64,000 bases of DNA from Heterodontus francisci (Eukaryota), in NCBI RefSeq assembly GCF_036365525.1, contig NC_090405.1, forward strand, positions 52,120,308 through 52,184,307, in the 5' to 3' direction. Position 1 is the stretch's first letter. Every line of letters starts with the position of its first letter. The notes under the pieces were generated by a model. That model made no database searches and was not told where the DNA came from. It saw only the letters and a program-made list of their open reading frames with translations. The position numbers and the translations under genes were made by a program. This document shows positions 14,801 through 29,800 of this stretch, piece by piece.

Positions 14801-17800
14801 CAAAGGAAAGGACATAATAGTGACACAACTTAGTAGGATAAATCTCAGTAACCGCAATCACTTCCTGACAAAGACTAGGCTACCTGAAGCAACTGTCTAG
14901 AATGTTAATTCTTTGACATTCTCAGCTTCCTACTAAAATAAATTTTGTAGAATAGAATTATAGTGCATTGATCACAGATCATGTGCTCATGTGGAGGGTA
15001 AACATCAACACAGACTAGTTGAGCAGAATGGCTGGTTCCTGTGTTGTAATTGCTAAGTAATTCTATAAACCCTGATTGATTATCAACATCAAATTGATAC
15101 TGTCATCAAATACAACATATGCAGGTAGGTTTTATGCTGATTTACTTCCCCAATTTTTTTTTCACCTTGCCCCTGAATTATGGCAGCCCTCTGACATATC
15201 TTACAAGTGTCCATTGTTTAGGTGTGAGGTCACACAGAGGATACTCTACTACAGAAGGCATCACAATAATGCCCTATCAGGACCAGGAACAAGCAGAAAT
15301 TTCCTCTCCTTAGTCAAAGGATACTAAAGCCATCTGTACCTTCCTTCCTATCATGCAAGTTGAGATCGGCTAAGTTAGCTCAAACAAGAGAGGGAACCTG
15401 AGAACTTCCTTGCCTGTGCTGCTCAGTATAACTCTGACCTTCATTTTCACTCACTGAGCAATTGGAGTGGGTTAACTTTCAAAGTGCTTCAGTGCTGACA
15501 GGGAAGATCCAAATTTCTATAAGGAAATCATTCACATTTGGATATTTTGGTTGAGTAAAGAAAACAGTAATTGGGAATATCCAAATAAATGCAGGATTTG
15601 TAAATCTGATTTCCATTTCCACATTCACCATCAGTTAGATAATTCCTGTCCTGAAAATACCAGGTCAACAACATAGGGAATCTCAAGAGAAGAAAAGATC
15701 TATCAGCCTGTTGAAACTCAACGCCTGATACCCTAAATCTCCCTTTATAACTTCCAACCTCTTTCTGAGGCTGTTTAATATTTCTGAGCATCATTAATGT
15801 TTCAATAACAAAGAGCAAAATATTGCAACCTCACTGATTAAAGTACATCATCATTTGGAATATGCCACCTGCGTCACACAAAGCATCACAGAACCTGTTA
15901 CATAATAAAAACATAGAATGTGTATTGGAAAATCATCAGCTTGGTCACTATTGAGAAATACCAAGGACATGATCCTAATCTGTTCGGCTGAAACATTAAT
16001 TCTTTCTATTGTTATTCCTAAATGTGCTGCATTCTCTTATGGGAGGTACCACAGGCCACCAGTGGAGGCTGTCTCCCTGAGATCTTATAGTCAACATTAA
16101 ATCAGATCACAAAAATAAATCCTAAAACAATATTCAACCAGATTACCAAAACCCTCCCACTGCAGTATCCAGCCTGTTCCTGAATTTTGTCTGATGTTTT
16201 GATCAGTGAAGCATAATTAAAACAGAATTAGTAACTCATTGTATTCTTTTACAACCACTTTTATTGATAAGGGCATAGAGCATTGATGCATTTGGATTAA
16301 TCAGGTTCGAGAGACAGATCCTGAAAAGTCAGCCGACAAAGGTGAATGGGATGGACACTCATTGGCAACAACTGCTCTGTGACCTATAACAGAATTAAAG
16401 AGGTATAATTTAACATCTTTCACTGGACAACTCTATTCCAGCTGTTCCTTTTTCGAATTTTCCAGCAAATTTTGTACTTATCAAGGTGAGGGATGTTAAT
16501 GGCATTCAACACTCCCATTTCGAGCACATAATGGCAACAACAAGCATCCCCAGATCACATGAAACACAGTTATATGCAGAAGGAGGTGTTGTCCATTCTG
16601 CCCTATTGCACCACTATCTCATTTGTCCTGTACCAGCCACCCTCTTTGCTTGGGATTTCCAATTTAGTACCAAACTCGGAGCAATATAGGCACTGCCTTG
16701 AAAATACTCAAATCCCATTGATGTCGGATCCTTACAGCCAACAGACAGAGAAGATACTCCTTCCATCAGTCCCGGCTGGAACCCAGGTCCCAGTGGGTTC
16801 AGAACAGCCTCTAACCCACTGCACCCTCTGTTCAGACTGGTCTTATTAAAGATAGTACGTATTTATCAAAGTCAGTACGAATTGTCATCATCTTCACCTC
16901 TCCTCTTGTACAATCCTTTGACTGGTTTGATTCTTATTAAAAAAAACTAAGGATATAGGATTAGACTTGTATGCCCCCCTCCACCACCTCGATCACAGGT
17001 TAGGGGTGAGAGAAGGATCAACTAACAGACAGCAAGCTCCACTGATATAGGACAGGACTCGGGTCAGCACGAGGCAATCCAGCAACGACACTGAGGCAAC
17101 AGTCCTACTTGTGCTTATTATCCACCGCTTTGTTCTGTTTGAATTTTGTGGACCCAGAGATTTGAAAAAGAGCTGTGTTTTATTCGCATTGGTCACCTAG
17201 TTGGTGGATAACTCCAGGATCAGAACAACAAAATCAACATCAGCAACTTGAGATATATACAAATTAATAGGAACATGGATTTAAACTTTGTGTGTGGAGT
17301 TTGAGGCTCCATGTATACACACAGGTGGCCCACAAAGACAAAGCTTGGATCTTCGTGTCCTGGAAGGCCTGGTGCATACTTAGCCACCTAACCCATTAAA
17401 TATCTGGGCTCTGTGGAGTTAGTAAGTTTCAGTTGCAGTTGTAGTAAACCATTGCAACAGACCCAAGCACTACGTGGTAAGGAAGGAAGATAATTTAAAA
17501 AAACAAGGGTTCCTGCTCCTAATCGATATGCAGTGACAGCTGCTGGAAAGTGTATAGAGACGATTTTGCTGTGACACACAACCCTCTCTCCAATATACAA
17601 CCCTTGCACCAATGTGATAGGTTGGCTCATGGTGGACAAGTTATAGCCCTACACACACACTTCATGGCACCCACAAGATCCAAGCAACACAGGTGCAATC
17701 AGTTCCATGGGGCCACCATAATGATTAAGGAGCACATCCTAGGACCGCAGAGGCGGAGGTTCAGGTGCCAGTGGGGACTGCACTTGGAGGAGACAGAGCA

Positions 17801-20800
17801 ACAATAAGAGACATCACCTGACGAGTAAGACAAATTTGTATTTATATAGCATCTTTCACTACCTCAACATGTCCCAAAGTGCTTTACAGCCAATGAAGTA
17901 CTTTTGAAGTGCAGTCACTATGGTAAAGTAGGAAATGCAGCCATCAATTTGTGCACAGCAAGCTCCCACAAACAGCAATGTGATAATGACCGATAATCTG
18001 GGTTTTAGTGATTTTGTCGAGGGATAAATAATTGGTTAGGACGCAGAGGAGAATTCACCTGCTGTTTTTCAAACTAGTGCCACGGGATCAATTACGCCCA
18101 GCTGAGAGAATAAATGGGGCCTTGACCGTCTCATCTGAAAGATGGTACCTCTGACAGTGCAGCACTTGCTCAGTAATGCACTGAAGATTCAGTGTAGATT
18201 TTATGCTGATGTCTCTGGATTGAGGGCTTGAACCCACAACCTCTGACTCAGCGGCAAGAGTGCTACCCACTGAGTCGCAGTGGCTGGTGCATCCCCTGAC
18301 ATGGGAGAAGGCGCGGTAGAAACAGATGGACAGCCAACACAAGGCCTTGCAGCCAGAAATGAAAGGGTCAGCACCTACAGTGACCTGCTCATTCCCTCCT
18401 CTGAAAAGTGAGACAAAGCTCCTCTGCATTAACAGTCCTCATTACATCCTTCACCTATCCTTTAATTTTATATGAAATGACATTTAAACTTTCATATCAA
18501 CGACAGTGACAATGCAGACCCAGAAGCTGCTATGAAACCACACTGCCAAATGTGTTGAATTTAATTCCCAACACAATAATTTCCTTCCATTCGTTAATCA
18601 CCCAAATGTCAACTCGTGTGCCTTTCTTAAAAGACAGTTTCCTAACTCTACAACATCTGTGAGGTGAGTGAAGCTGGTGAAAAGCTGCTGGCTGCTGTTG
18701 CTCACATAGGCGGCCTTGAGATGCTTGTGGCTGGTGACTTCTGGGTGGTTCAGTCCGTGAGGTCCCTGATGACATTGCTCCACCATGCCAGCTGCCTGGG
18801 CAGTCTGATCCAGCTAACTGGCTGGCACCATGGCGAGTTGACACGTAGTAAAAGAGCATATGTGCTGACATCCTGAGAGAAGGCAGCAGATACAGTGTCT
18901 ATCGCACTACTGCCACTCCCTGTGGTGAGGAGTTGAAGGTTCATCACTTCCAGTGATCTGCGGGAGAGCAGACTGCAGAGGATGAGTGACTCCTTAAAAA
19001 GGCCCTGTCAGTCGGCCCACCAATTTTTCAGGCAGACATCTGTCTCTCTCTCTCTCTCTCTGTCCAGGCCGAATGCATAGTGGCCCTGGAGATGCTCCTG
19101 TGGATGTCAGGGAGCAGTATCTCACCTCCTTGTTCTGACCTCTTCCACCAGAAACTCCATCAGAAAACGTTAGTGGTGGGGAGGGGGGGGGGGGAGGGGG
19201 AGGGGCAAGCCATCCGACTTATCTCTCAGATTATGCTGGGCAGCCTGTCAATCATATTAGAATGAGGCCCGAAAGTTAAAATCACTTGGGCCTCACGCTG
19301 GGGGCTTCCTGCTCGCCTCATGGCCTGCCCGCCTGAGCACCACCCCACATCGAGCTTGGCCATCACATTCAAACAGCTCACTAACACTCAATGACTAGAC
19401 TCACCTCTTGGGCCGGGCTGTAAATCATTGTCAAACATGAGTCAGCACATTCAGGAGAGGTGAAGAGAAATTCGGGTGGGGAGAAATTATTTCCCCAATA
19501 TTTCCCCTAACTCATCACATCTGCTTTATCATAGGCTCAATCACTTCAAACTGCAAATATTATCAGATGGTGCATTTTGGGTCACCAATTCCTCCGAATG
19601 TCATTTTCAACAAATTGGTTAATGTGCATGAAATTCCATGGTTAGCTAACTTAATCCATAGAGGAATTTCTATCCCTTCAAGCATCCATGTACAAGGTTG
19701 GTCAGCATCAGGAACTCAATCTTAGATATTTAAAATACTCTCAGTAAGGTTCCTCCAGTAGGTGGACAGCAGTTGAGTGAAATATACAGTTGTAGTAATT
19801 GGAAACAGTACCTCTTTCTTTAACTTCTTGAAGGATGAGTCACCACGGTGCTTCCTGGAGAGTAGATTCAGTGTTGGGGGCTCACCCCCTGACTCTCCTT
19901 GCAGGCTGCTGTCCTTCCCTTCCTTCAATTTCTTTCCCTTTCCCAATAGTTCCTTTGGTTCGTTTTTCAGTCGGATCTCCTCCAATTGCTGCCTGATCAC
20001 AAAGTATCCAATAACTGATCAATCGACTCGCACCCGACACAGATGTATGCATCTGCAGCTCCTGTACATCTCAAACATTCCCGGTGCCAACTACCTGTAA
20101 AGATCTTGCCAGGCAATCCCAGCCAGTATAGCTGAAGACTCAGAACTGACCTCAGCATTTGTGGATCATGAGGAGCTGAGAAAAAAAAAATATAGCCAGG
20201 ATTCCTGCAGGAAACATGTGTCTGCATGGACACTGTGCAAGGATAGGATTGGGCTCAGTGGTACTGCTTCCATAGCTGGCCGCATGCCAATATTTACATA
20301 TCTAAGTTTACGGATGAAAGAAAGACCCTATGGACAAAACCCTAGAGAGAAACTGTTGCCAATGGAACTAGCCCCCAGGACGAATCACAAGAGGGGAAAA
20401 AATTGAAAGTAAATAACAAAATGGAGCTGTCACACCAAGCAGTTTCCCCTACAAATAACAATACACTTCCCTCTGTATCAATGTCTAGATATAATGAGGG
20501 AATGTGGTCATTACTGTCAGTTATTTCTAATATAGATTACTGTAATGCTTTAAACTTGAGTAGGAGCGATGCCGAGCAAGGCTGCTGGGTGGTAGAAGGA
20601 ATTGAGTGTTACAGTCCATTAATCATTGAAAGTCCACAGCCAATGCTGTGAGGATTTTGCAAAGGCAAATGACATAACAATTAAATATGAAACAAGAAAT
20701 ACTACCCCAGCTCTGTACCAAGCCTAATAACCAATGCACTCTTCCATCATATCAATGACTATCATGTGGCTCCCTCCTTGCTAGTGAATGGCTCTCCTCC

Positions 20801-23800
20801 CAGGTGCCCACACTCTATACCTGGCGCATTCTTCCCTTGCTCTGGAAGCGACTGTCTCCTGAAAGAGCGATCCGCTTTGTTTAAAGAAATTGCTGTATTT
20901 GTCAGAGTCGGACTTCGGGTAAATGCGATGGAATCCTCCCAAGTGTTCCTTTTCGTACGTTTCTACCTGCTGGAGCCAGACTAACTGATGGTTTTCGTAT
21001 TGCTCCCGTCTGTGGAAATAACAGAATTAAAATCAGAAGGTTAATCAGACATTTTAGTATCATCACGAATATTACACCTCTGCATATGCTTTGGGATGTT
21101 TTTTCCAAGTTAAAGGCGTTTGTAAATGCAAGTTATTGCTGCACTATTAAAGGAGGAGTCTTATTCAAAGTATGGTGTGGTAGTGACCAGAAAGTCACAT
21201 GATCAATTGCTGCACTTTACCAAGTTAGCTAATCTCATCTGGGTGTGCTGAGATTCTATCTATTCCCAGTGTTACGAAGGATGGATATGGCTACATTGCT
21301 GCAGAACACTTCATTCAGTTGGACTGTGCTGTACCACCTGTCCATCGTGGAAAAGTCTGTGCAGAAAAAGACCTTTCACCACAGGTCCATCAGGCAGTGG
21401 TCCGCACGCAACATCCTCGAGATCCTGCAGGGAAAGGAGATGCTGGATCCTGTTGGATGGTTCCCTGAGCAGATTGTCAAGGTCATGTGGCAGAACACCT
21501 CATCACCAGATCTTTCAAACAAGCACCAAGACATAGCTTGGCGAGTGGTAAGAAGGGCCCTCCCTGTCAGATCCTTCATGCGCACCTGGAGTCCCAGTGC
21601 CACCGTACGCTGTCCTGCAGGCAGCTGCAGTAGGGAAGAGACCATTGCCCACTTCCTTTGCAAAGGAGGTCTGGAAAGATATGCAGTGTTTCTTGCCAAG
21701 ATTCATCCCAAGCAGCTCCTTAACACAGGACTTTGTGCTCTATGGGCTGTTCCCAGGGACAAAAATCAACTGCTGCTGTAGGGCTACCAGCTCAGTGAAA
21801 GATGTTCTTTGGTTTGCACAAACTTCTTGTTCTTCCAGTGCAAGGAGCTGTCCATGACCAAGTATTGTAGACTGGCACGTTCAAAGATCCAGGACTACAT
21901 TCTGAGAGATGTACTAAAGCCTGGGGTAAGTGCCGCAAAGGTAATGGGGGAAAGGCCACAGTCTAGGGCTCTGCCACCATAGCACACTGAGGGGCTGGAA
22001 CCTGTGTAAAACCCGTCGGGTCGTATGCACCAGAAAATGTTTTAAATGGAATGTAAATGTAATTTGTAAATAAGACCTGTAATTGTATCTGTGGTGAGGT
22101 GCCTCAGGGTGCCATGTACTGTATGAAAGAAATCAATCTGCATTGGACTTTATGTAATATCACATTTGAACGGTTCTGTAATGTACTTATACAAATTATG
22201 AATAAAGTATATTTTTTGAAAAAAAATCTGTGGTGTCACTATTGGTCTCAGTGACCCTGGACCAGGAAGAAGGGTAAAAGTGGCCAGAGTTCCTGTTCTT
22301 GATCGTGATCCATTGACCCCTGCTTGTATGTTGACACCGCATTGTTGAACAGCTCGCCAGCACTCACAGTGTGGGCTGACACTTAAAGAGGGAAGCTGAG
22401 AATGGAATCACAATTATTAAAATTTCTTTTTAAAAAATGAAAACCTTATTTTTTAATTCAGTGAGTTGGGTGGATCAGCAAGGTCCCAGGTTAGATCCCC
22501 GGTCTGTGCAAATAGGGTAGAAGTAGGAGGACAACAATTAACCTCAGCTCCTGGGATTAAAGAGCAGAGCCTGGGTTTTCCTTTTTGCGTATTATTTAAT
22601 GACTCCAACCCAGTGTATGTAAATGACATCAGAAAAGGACAGAGCCAGGCTTCATAAGATGTGCCACACAATCGAATAGCCTGCCATCACTCATTGTCAA
22701 GCCTCATGCATAAACAGTCGGAACTTGGGTGAGCTGTTGGTGGGACAGGAGGGAGTGGAGGGGAAGGGGTAGAGGGATGAGGGATGGAGTGAAGGGGCTC
22801 GGGGGGGGGGGGGGTAAGGGTGGGATGATGGTGATGTGGTAGGAGGATAGCTGATGCTTTTGGAGTCTGTACTACAGCACTTTCAGGACAAGAGGTAAGA
22901 AAATAGGAGAAGCAATAGAGTTTTGTGGGTAACATTAAACCTATCATTTAAGTCATTTAGCTGAACTGAACTGATCCATAGTCATGGGAGTTATCTGAAA
23001 AAGTAGGTAGGAATACAGTGGTAGGTTTTGCATGGCAATGCTGTGAGCTCTGCTGTGATTATCTACAGGTGTGGATCAGAAAATCGAGACGACAATGTTG
23101 TAGATCTATTGCCCTTGCTGCATGTACTGCTCGTGAAGCTCCCTGCTATGACCAAAGTCATATTGTTTTACCGAGATATATTCATACAATTAATTTTATT
23201 GAAAATAAATTGTTATTGAGAATGGTTTTAACCCATTAAGGTCAGTATCACTCCCAATGGCTCAGGTACTAAATGCACTTATGGGCAGGTGCTCTAATTG
23301 GCTATGGCTCTGAGCTGGAAGAGCGGTTCCAGAGGTCAAACAGTACTTCCTATTTCTAATGATTATTCATTAACACCCCCTCATCCTCCCTCCACTGGAA
23401 AATGTCCTTGTATGGACACATACTTCTGGTCCTTTTGGGTTCAGGCCATCGTAAACATAGCAGGAATATTTCCCCTGGTCTAAAAGAAAGCTCAGAGGAA
23501 AACCTTCCCTCTAGGGTCAGGATCAGCTGCGATGCTTCCACCGTCAAATAGTTCGTTTTCTACTGAAGACACTTTGCTTACGTTACTGAACTACTGATCC
23601 AGAGAACAAGGTCAAATGCCATCATGGGCAGTATGAGAATTTGAGTTTAGTTTAAACAATCTGGGAATAAAAAGCTGGTACCAGTAAAATGACCATAAAT
23701 CTGTCGGATTGTTATAATGTCCCCTTAGGGAAAGGGACCTGCCATTCTTACCTGGTTTGGACCTATTTGTGACTAGTCCCATACCAACATGGTTGACTCT

Positions 23801-26800
23801 TTACTGGCCTCTGAAGTGGTGTAACAAGCTACTCAGCTGTATCAAACTGCTAGTGCTTCAAGAAGGTGTCCCACCACCACCACCTTCTCAAGAGCAACTA
23901 TGGATGGTAATCAATGCTGGCTTGCCAACCTGGTCAAAAAGATAGGTTTTAAGGAATGTCTCAAAGGAAGGGAGAGAGGTGGAGAAGCGGAGAGGTTTTG
24001 GGAGGGAATTCCAGAGCTTAGAGCCTGGACAGTTGAAGGCACAGCTGCCAATGGTGGGGCAAAGGAAGTCCAGGATACGTAAAAGGCCAGAATTGTGCAG
24101 TGTCACATTGGACACCACTTCCTCTACCTTAATTCTCGAGTTGCCTGACGGTTCCACAAGCGTTCCTGCACCCTGCGCCTCTCCTCCTCAGCCACCTTTT
24201 GCTTGTCACTTGCTCCAAGGTTTATCAGACAAATAGTGTCGTAGAGCAGATTGTCTTTCACCTCTCGGTCCAGCTTGGAATCTGTAGTGAAACTGGGGGA
24301 GTGGTTCACCTGGAAAGCAAAATGTAGGATGCATTGGTACAAAACACACAGGCTGATTGTTATCTGAACATACTTGTACTAAACCACAGGTCTATTCCAA
24401 TACTTGTTTTCCAAGGGTACTCCATATTACACTGTGGGAAAATGACTGCCAGGTATGACAACAAGCTATACAAACAAACCTTAAGTGATGTCTGGCATCC
24501 AGGTCAGTGAATGAATAACTACAATTGGCTTCAATACCTCTGCATTACCAAATAAATAAATCATAGTTTTTGCTCCAGTGATTTTCTGCTGGAAAGTGCT
24601 GTGTATGAATGTCAGAAGCTGAACTTGACCACAATAGCAGGACAGAGGCTGGGTACACAGTGGGGTGTGCCTCACCTCCTAACCACGTCAAAGCCCCTCT
24701 ATCATCTACAAGGCTGGAATCTGGAGTGTGATGGCCCGGATGGTGCAGTCACAACAACACTCAAGAGGCTCGACACCATTCAGGACAGAGCAGTTTGGTT
24801 GGCTGGCCCCCATCACTAGCTTCAATATCCACCCACCCACAACTGGCGCAGTAGGTATGGCTGGATGCACAGCAGCAACTCGACAAAATTACTTTGACAG
24901 CATCTACCCTGCACAGAAATGAAATATTGTCATAATATGAAGGTTCAGTCGCTCCTCTCTGGCCCTCAAAGCCCAGGTACCCCTTCAAGGTCAGTTTGGC
25001 TCAGTGGGTAGGCACTCTCATCTCAGAGTCAAAAGGTTGTGTGGTCAAGTCTCACTCCAGGTACTTGAGCATGTAATCCAGGCTGTGCCTACAGTACAGT
25101 ACTGAGGGAGCCCTGCACTGTCGGGGGTGTTTGACTTCAGATGAAACAATAAGCTGAAGTTCCATAAGGTGGTTGTGGTAGCCGTCAAAGAGCCCCTGCC
25201 ACTATTGAAAGAAGTCCAGGGAGTTGCCCAGCATCACCAAAAACAGATGAACTGGTCACTCGTGTTAGTTGTCCTTTGTCGGCTCTATGCAAATTGGTTG
25301 TCATGTAACAGCAGTGACTACATTTCAGAAGTAATTAACTGATTATGAAGTCCTTTGGGACTTCCTGTGAGTGTGATTAGGCGCTATATCAATGCAAGTT
25401 CTTTCTTTCAGCTTTCCAAGCACTCTGTATTTTTGCAACAATCTTTTGGTACCACCACACCTTGTTCATTGTTTAACCCACCTCCAGGAGCCATGGTTTC
25501 AAATTGCGATCCATTAATATATCAAATCCCAGTATCTCAAAGCAGGCACTGCCAAAGAGGTGACTGGAGAAACAAGTCCGATAATTGTGCTTCAAGATCG
25601 GATAGGCGGAAACTAGAGTCTTAATGATGGCATCTTCAATGTCTGCCCAAACCTTTGATATGTTGTGCCCATGCTGCTCCAACCATTTGTTAAATGAGGA
25701 CAGTTTTCTGTATAAGACAGAACACAGTATGAATGGACTAATACAAGGATAGATAGATACTGTACTACTTTTAACTAATACATCAGATATCAAGGCGTAC
25801 ATTTTTAATCTGCCACCCATGTGTGAATCTCGTGTTGTGGATCGGCCGCATGTTAGAGAGTGTCCAATTTTCATTTCTATCCTGATATATGTGCTAAATC
25901 ATCGTAGAGAAAGATGGTGGTGTAGTGGTAATGTCACTAAGCTAATAATCCAGAGGCTCAGTCCCTGGGGACATGGGTTCAAATCCCACTGCTGCTGGTG
26001 GAATTTAAATTCAATTAATTAATAAGTTCAATTAATTGATAATAAAAAGAAATCTGTAATTGAAAGCTAGTCTCGCTACTGGTGCCATGAAACTCCATCG
26101 ATTGTCATAAAAACCCATCTGGTTCACTAATGCCCTTCAGGGAAAGAAATCTGTCATCCTTACCTGATTGGGCCTACATGTGACTCCAGACCCACAGAAA
26201 TGTGGCTGACTCTTAACTGCCCTCTGAAATGGCCTAGCAAACCACTCAGTTGTCAAGGGCAAGTAGGGATGGGCAACAAATGTTGGCCTTGCCAGTGACA
26301 CCCACAACCCATGAAAGAATTTTTTAAAACATCAACATCTGGGTCTTTGGAGGAATATTTTCAAGACGTTGCAATTGGGCAATGAGATGTTCCTGTCTGT
26401 GGCTAAGAGCCAGTTGAAGATGATGAGGCTTCAGTGACGGGCATCTTTTGAAATAGGAATAGTGAGTTTGGGTCTTGGGAAATGCCGACTGGCATATAGC
26501 TCCAGATTTATACCTGAAGTAGAGTTCCTTTCAGATTGCAAAAGCTTTGGCTTTAAGTAACAAGGATTCCCACCAAAACCAACCAGCTTCCCAGTGGTGC
26601 TTGGTCACACACACTTCAATCCCGGGAAAGAATTCAGTTCCATGGAGAGACTAGAGAAACTGTAGTTGTTCTCCTTAGAGCAGAGAAGGTTAATGGGAGA
26701 TTTGCTAAAGGTGCTCAAAATCATTAAGGGTTTTGATTGAGTAAATAAGGAGAAACTGATTCCAGTGGCAGGAGGGTCGATAACCAGAGATCACAGAATT

Positions 26801-29800
26801 AAGGAAATTGGCAAAACAACCAGAGCTAACATGGAGAAACATTTCTTTACGCAGTGAGTTATGATGATCTGGAATGCACTGCCTGAAAGGGCTGTGGAAG
26901 CAGATTCAAAAATAATTTTCAAAATGGAATTAGTTAAATACTCAAAAAGGAAATATTTGTAGGGCTATGGGGAAAGAGCAGTACAGTGAGACTAATTGGA
27001 CAGCTCTTTCAATGAGCTGGCACAGGCACAATGGGTCAAATGGCCGCCTTCTGTGTTGCAGCATTTTAGGCGCAGCCATACACCACCTTAACGCGCAACA
27101 TTTATAGAATCTTTATGATATATTTACTGCATACTGAATGTGGTGAAAGACTGTAGGTTTACTGTTAATTTTTTCCTTTCAATCAGAGAAATTTACCTTT
27201 TGCTGCTACCGTCCCCATCTCTGACAAAGTTCTTGCTGTGCTTGTTGATGGCATAGTTTGTCAGATGCATGCAGATGTCATCCTGTTATTGACAAATAAA
27301 ACACTTCAATGGTTTGGTACAGGGGTGACACAACCTCCCTCCATGGTCTTGCCCCTCCCCCCTCCCTATCTATGGAACTTCCTTCATCTGTACAATCCTC
27401 CAGGATCTCTTCACTCCTCCAATTCTGGCCTCTTGCACATCCCCAGTTTTCATCACTTTACCATTGGCAGTCATTCCTTCAGCTGCCTAGGGCCCTAAGC
27501 TATGGAATGCCCTTCCTAAACCTCCCTGCCTCTCTCTCTCCTCCTTTAAGATGCTCCTTAAGAACTACTTTCACAAAGTTTTTGGTTACCTGTCCTAATA
27601 CCTCTTTCGGTGGTATGTTGATAAATTCTGTCTGATAATGCTCCTGTGAGTTGCCTTGAGATATTTGACTATATCAAAGGAAATATATAAATACAAGTTG
27701 CAATTGTTTATTTATTTAGAGATACAGCACTGGAACAGGCCCTTCGGCCCACCGAGTCTGTGCCAACCATCAACCATTCATTTATACTAATCCTACACTA
27801 ATCCCATATTCCTACCACATCTCCACCTGTCTCTATATTCCTCTACCACCTACCTATACTAGGGGCAATTTATAATGGCCAATTTACCTATCAACCTGTA
27901 AGTCTTTGGCTGTGGGAGGAAACCGGAGCACCCGGCGAAAACCCAAGCAGACACAGGGAGAACTTGCAAACTCTACAGGCAGTACCCAGAATTGAACCCG
28001 GGTCGCTGAGGCTGCGGTGCTAACCACTGCGCCTTGAGGGTCACCACTATAATCTATTAAGTCTGGTGTTATATCTCTGTAATCATTCAAACCTGAGCTG
28101 CATTAGTTTATAAAGACCGCTGGTTGTCCCCAAACATGGCCAACTTAACAGCTTTAATGTAAATTACTCCCCCACAACCACCATGCCCAAACACCTTCCT
28201 TCCCTTGAAAGCACTAAGCTGTCGAAAGATTCGGATTTACTATTCAGGCTGCAGAGATATGGTACTAAAATGGAATACATCCCAAAACTACTAAGGTAAT
28301 TTACTTTAGACGCCCACTGTGACTCAATGGGTTTTGATGTAGGATTAATCCACCAATGAGGCAACAGCTCTAACAGCAGGCCCTTCCAAACCTCCAGGCC
28401 CATGGGATGAACCAATGAGTAAGAAATAAAAACAATGGCTGGAATTCCAAAGCTATTTTTCCATTTGTGCACAGCTTAGTTCTGGCACTCTAGACATCAC
28501 TCACACATGGAGGATGATCACTGATGGAGGCACTGAAGGTAGGTAGCTGGCACTTGTGGGAATGTACCGTGGCAAGAGTCAGCAGTTTCAGGACAGGAGG
28601 GGAGAAAAAGCAGTGAGAGAAAAACAATAGAACGGGTTTCTACATTTTCCTGCTAAGATGTCAGTCATGTCTCAGTGGCATCACTCTTGGCTGAGTCATA
28701 AGGCCCACTCTTGAACACATAATTCAGGCTGGCTTGCCCAGTGCAGTACGGAAGGAGTGTTCCACTGTCCGAGGTGCTGTCTTTCAGATGAGACATCTGT
28801 CCTCTCGGGTGGATGTAAAAGATCCCATGGCATTATTTCAAAGAAAAGCAGGGGTGTCCTCAGCCAATATTTATTCTTCAACTAACAGCTAAAAAGAGTC
28901 AATCTGGTCATCATCACATTGCTGTTTTTGGGAGCTTGCTGTGCAAACACTGGTTGCCGCATTTCCTACATTATAACAGCCACTACACTACAAAAGTATT
29001 TAATTGGCTTAAAGCACTTTGGGTAATTCTGAAGTTGTGAAAGGTGCTATATAAATGCAGGTCTTTCTTTCTTGCAGCTATATGTTTACTGTGAAAAAGG
29101 ACCTGTTGTATGTACGTCCAGAAGATGCAGAGGACAGAAATGATACAAGTGAACTCAGATACAGTAACAATAATCACATGATAACATAGGAAGGAAAGTT
29201 ACCAAGTTACTGCTAGAGGGTTCGCTGTACTTGCTCGTTGCAAACCTTGCCAGACCCTCATTGTAAATATAAATTCGAAAGGGATCGCAGGATGTAACCA
29301 AGACGTAGACACGGAGGTCAAACTTGAAACCATCTATGAGGAAAGGCTGTGAAAGGGACATTGAAGGCTACATTAGGCAAACTATACGATGCTTGTCAAA
29401 TATCAAACGTCATCCTCACACCAAATCATGGGATGCATAGCTATAACATTGGAATACGAATCTACTGGGGTCATGCTGCGGCACAGTGGTGCAGTGGTTA
29501 GCACTGCAGCCTCACACCTCCAGCGACCCATGTTCAGTTCTGGGTACTGTCTGTGCGGAGTTTGCAAGTTCTCCCTGTGACCGTGTGGGTTTCTGCCGGG
29601 TGCTCCGGTTTCCTCCCACAGCCAAAGACTTGCAGGTTGATAGGTAAATTGGCTATTGTAAATTGCCCCTAGTGTAGGTAGGTGGTAGGAGAATGGTGGG
29701 GATGTGGTGCCCGCCAACCTTTTCTGTCCAGACTCACATTTAAAGAATGGTCACTGGGTTAAAGTACTGGAAGTGGTGCTGTCACTTTCAAGTGCGATGG

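Noticed and set aside
23030-23142. Possible TTLL13 exon between exons 10 and 11
   Set aside because: The frame required by exon 10 hits TAG. Exons 10 and 11 already join in frame.
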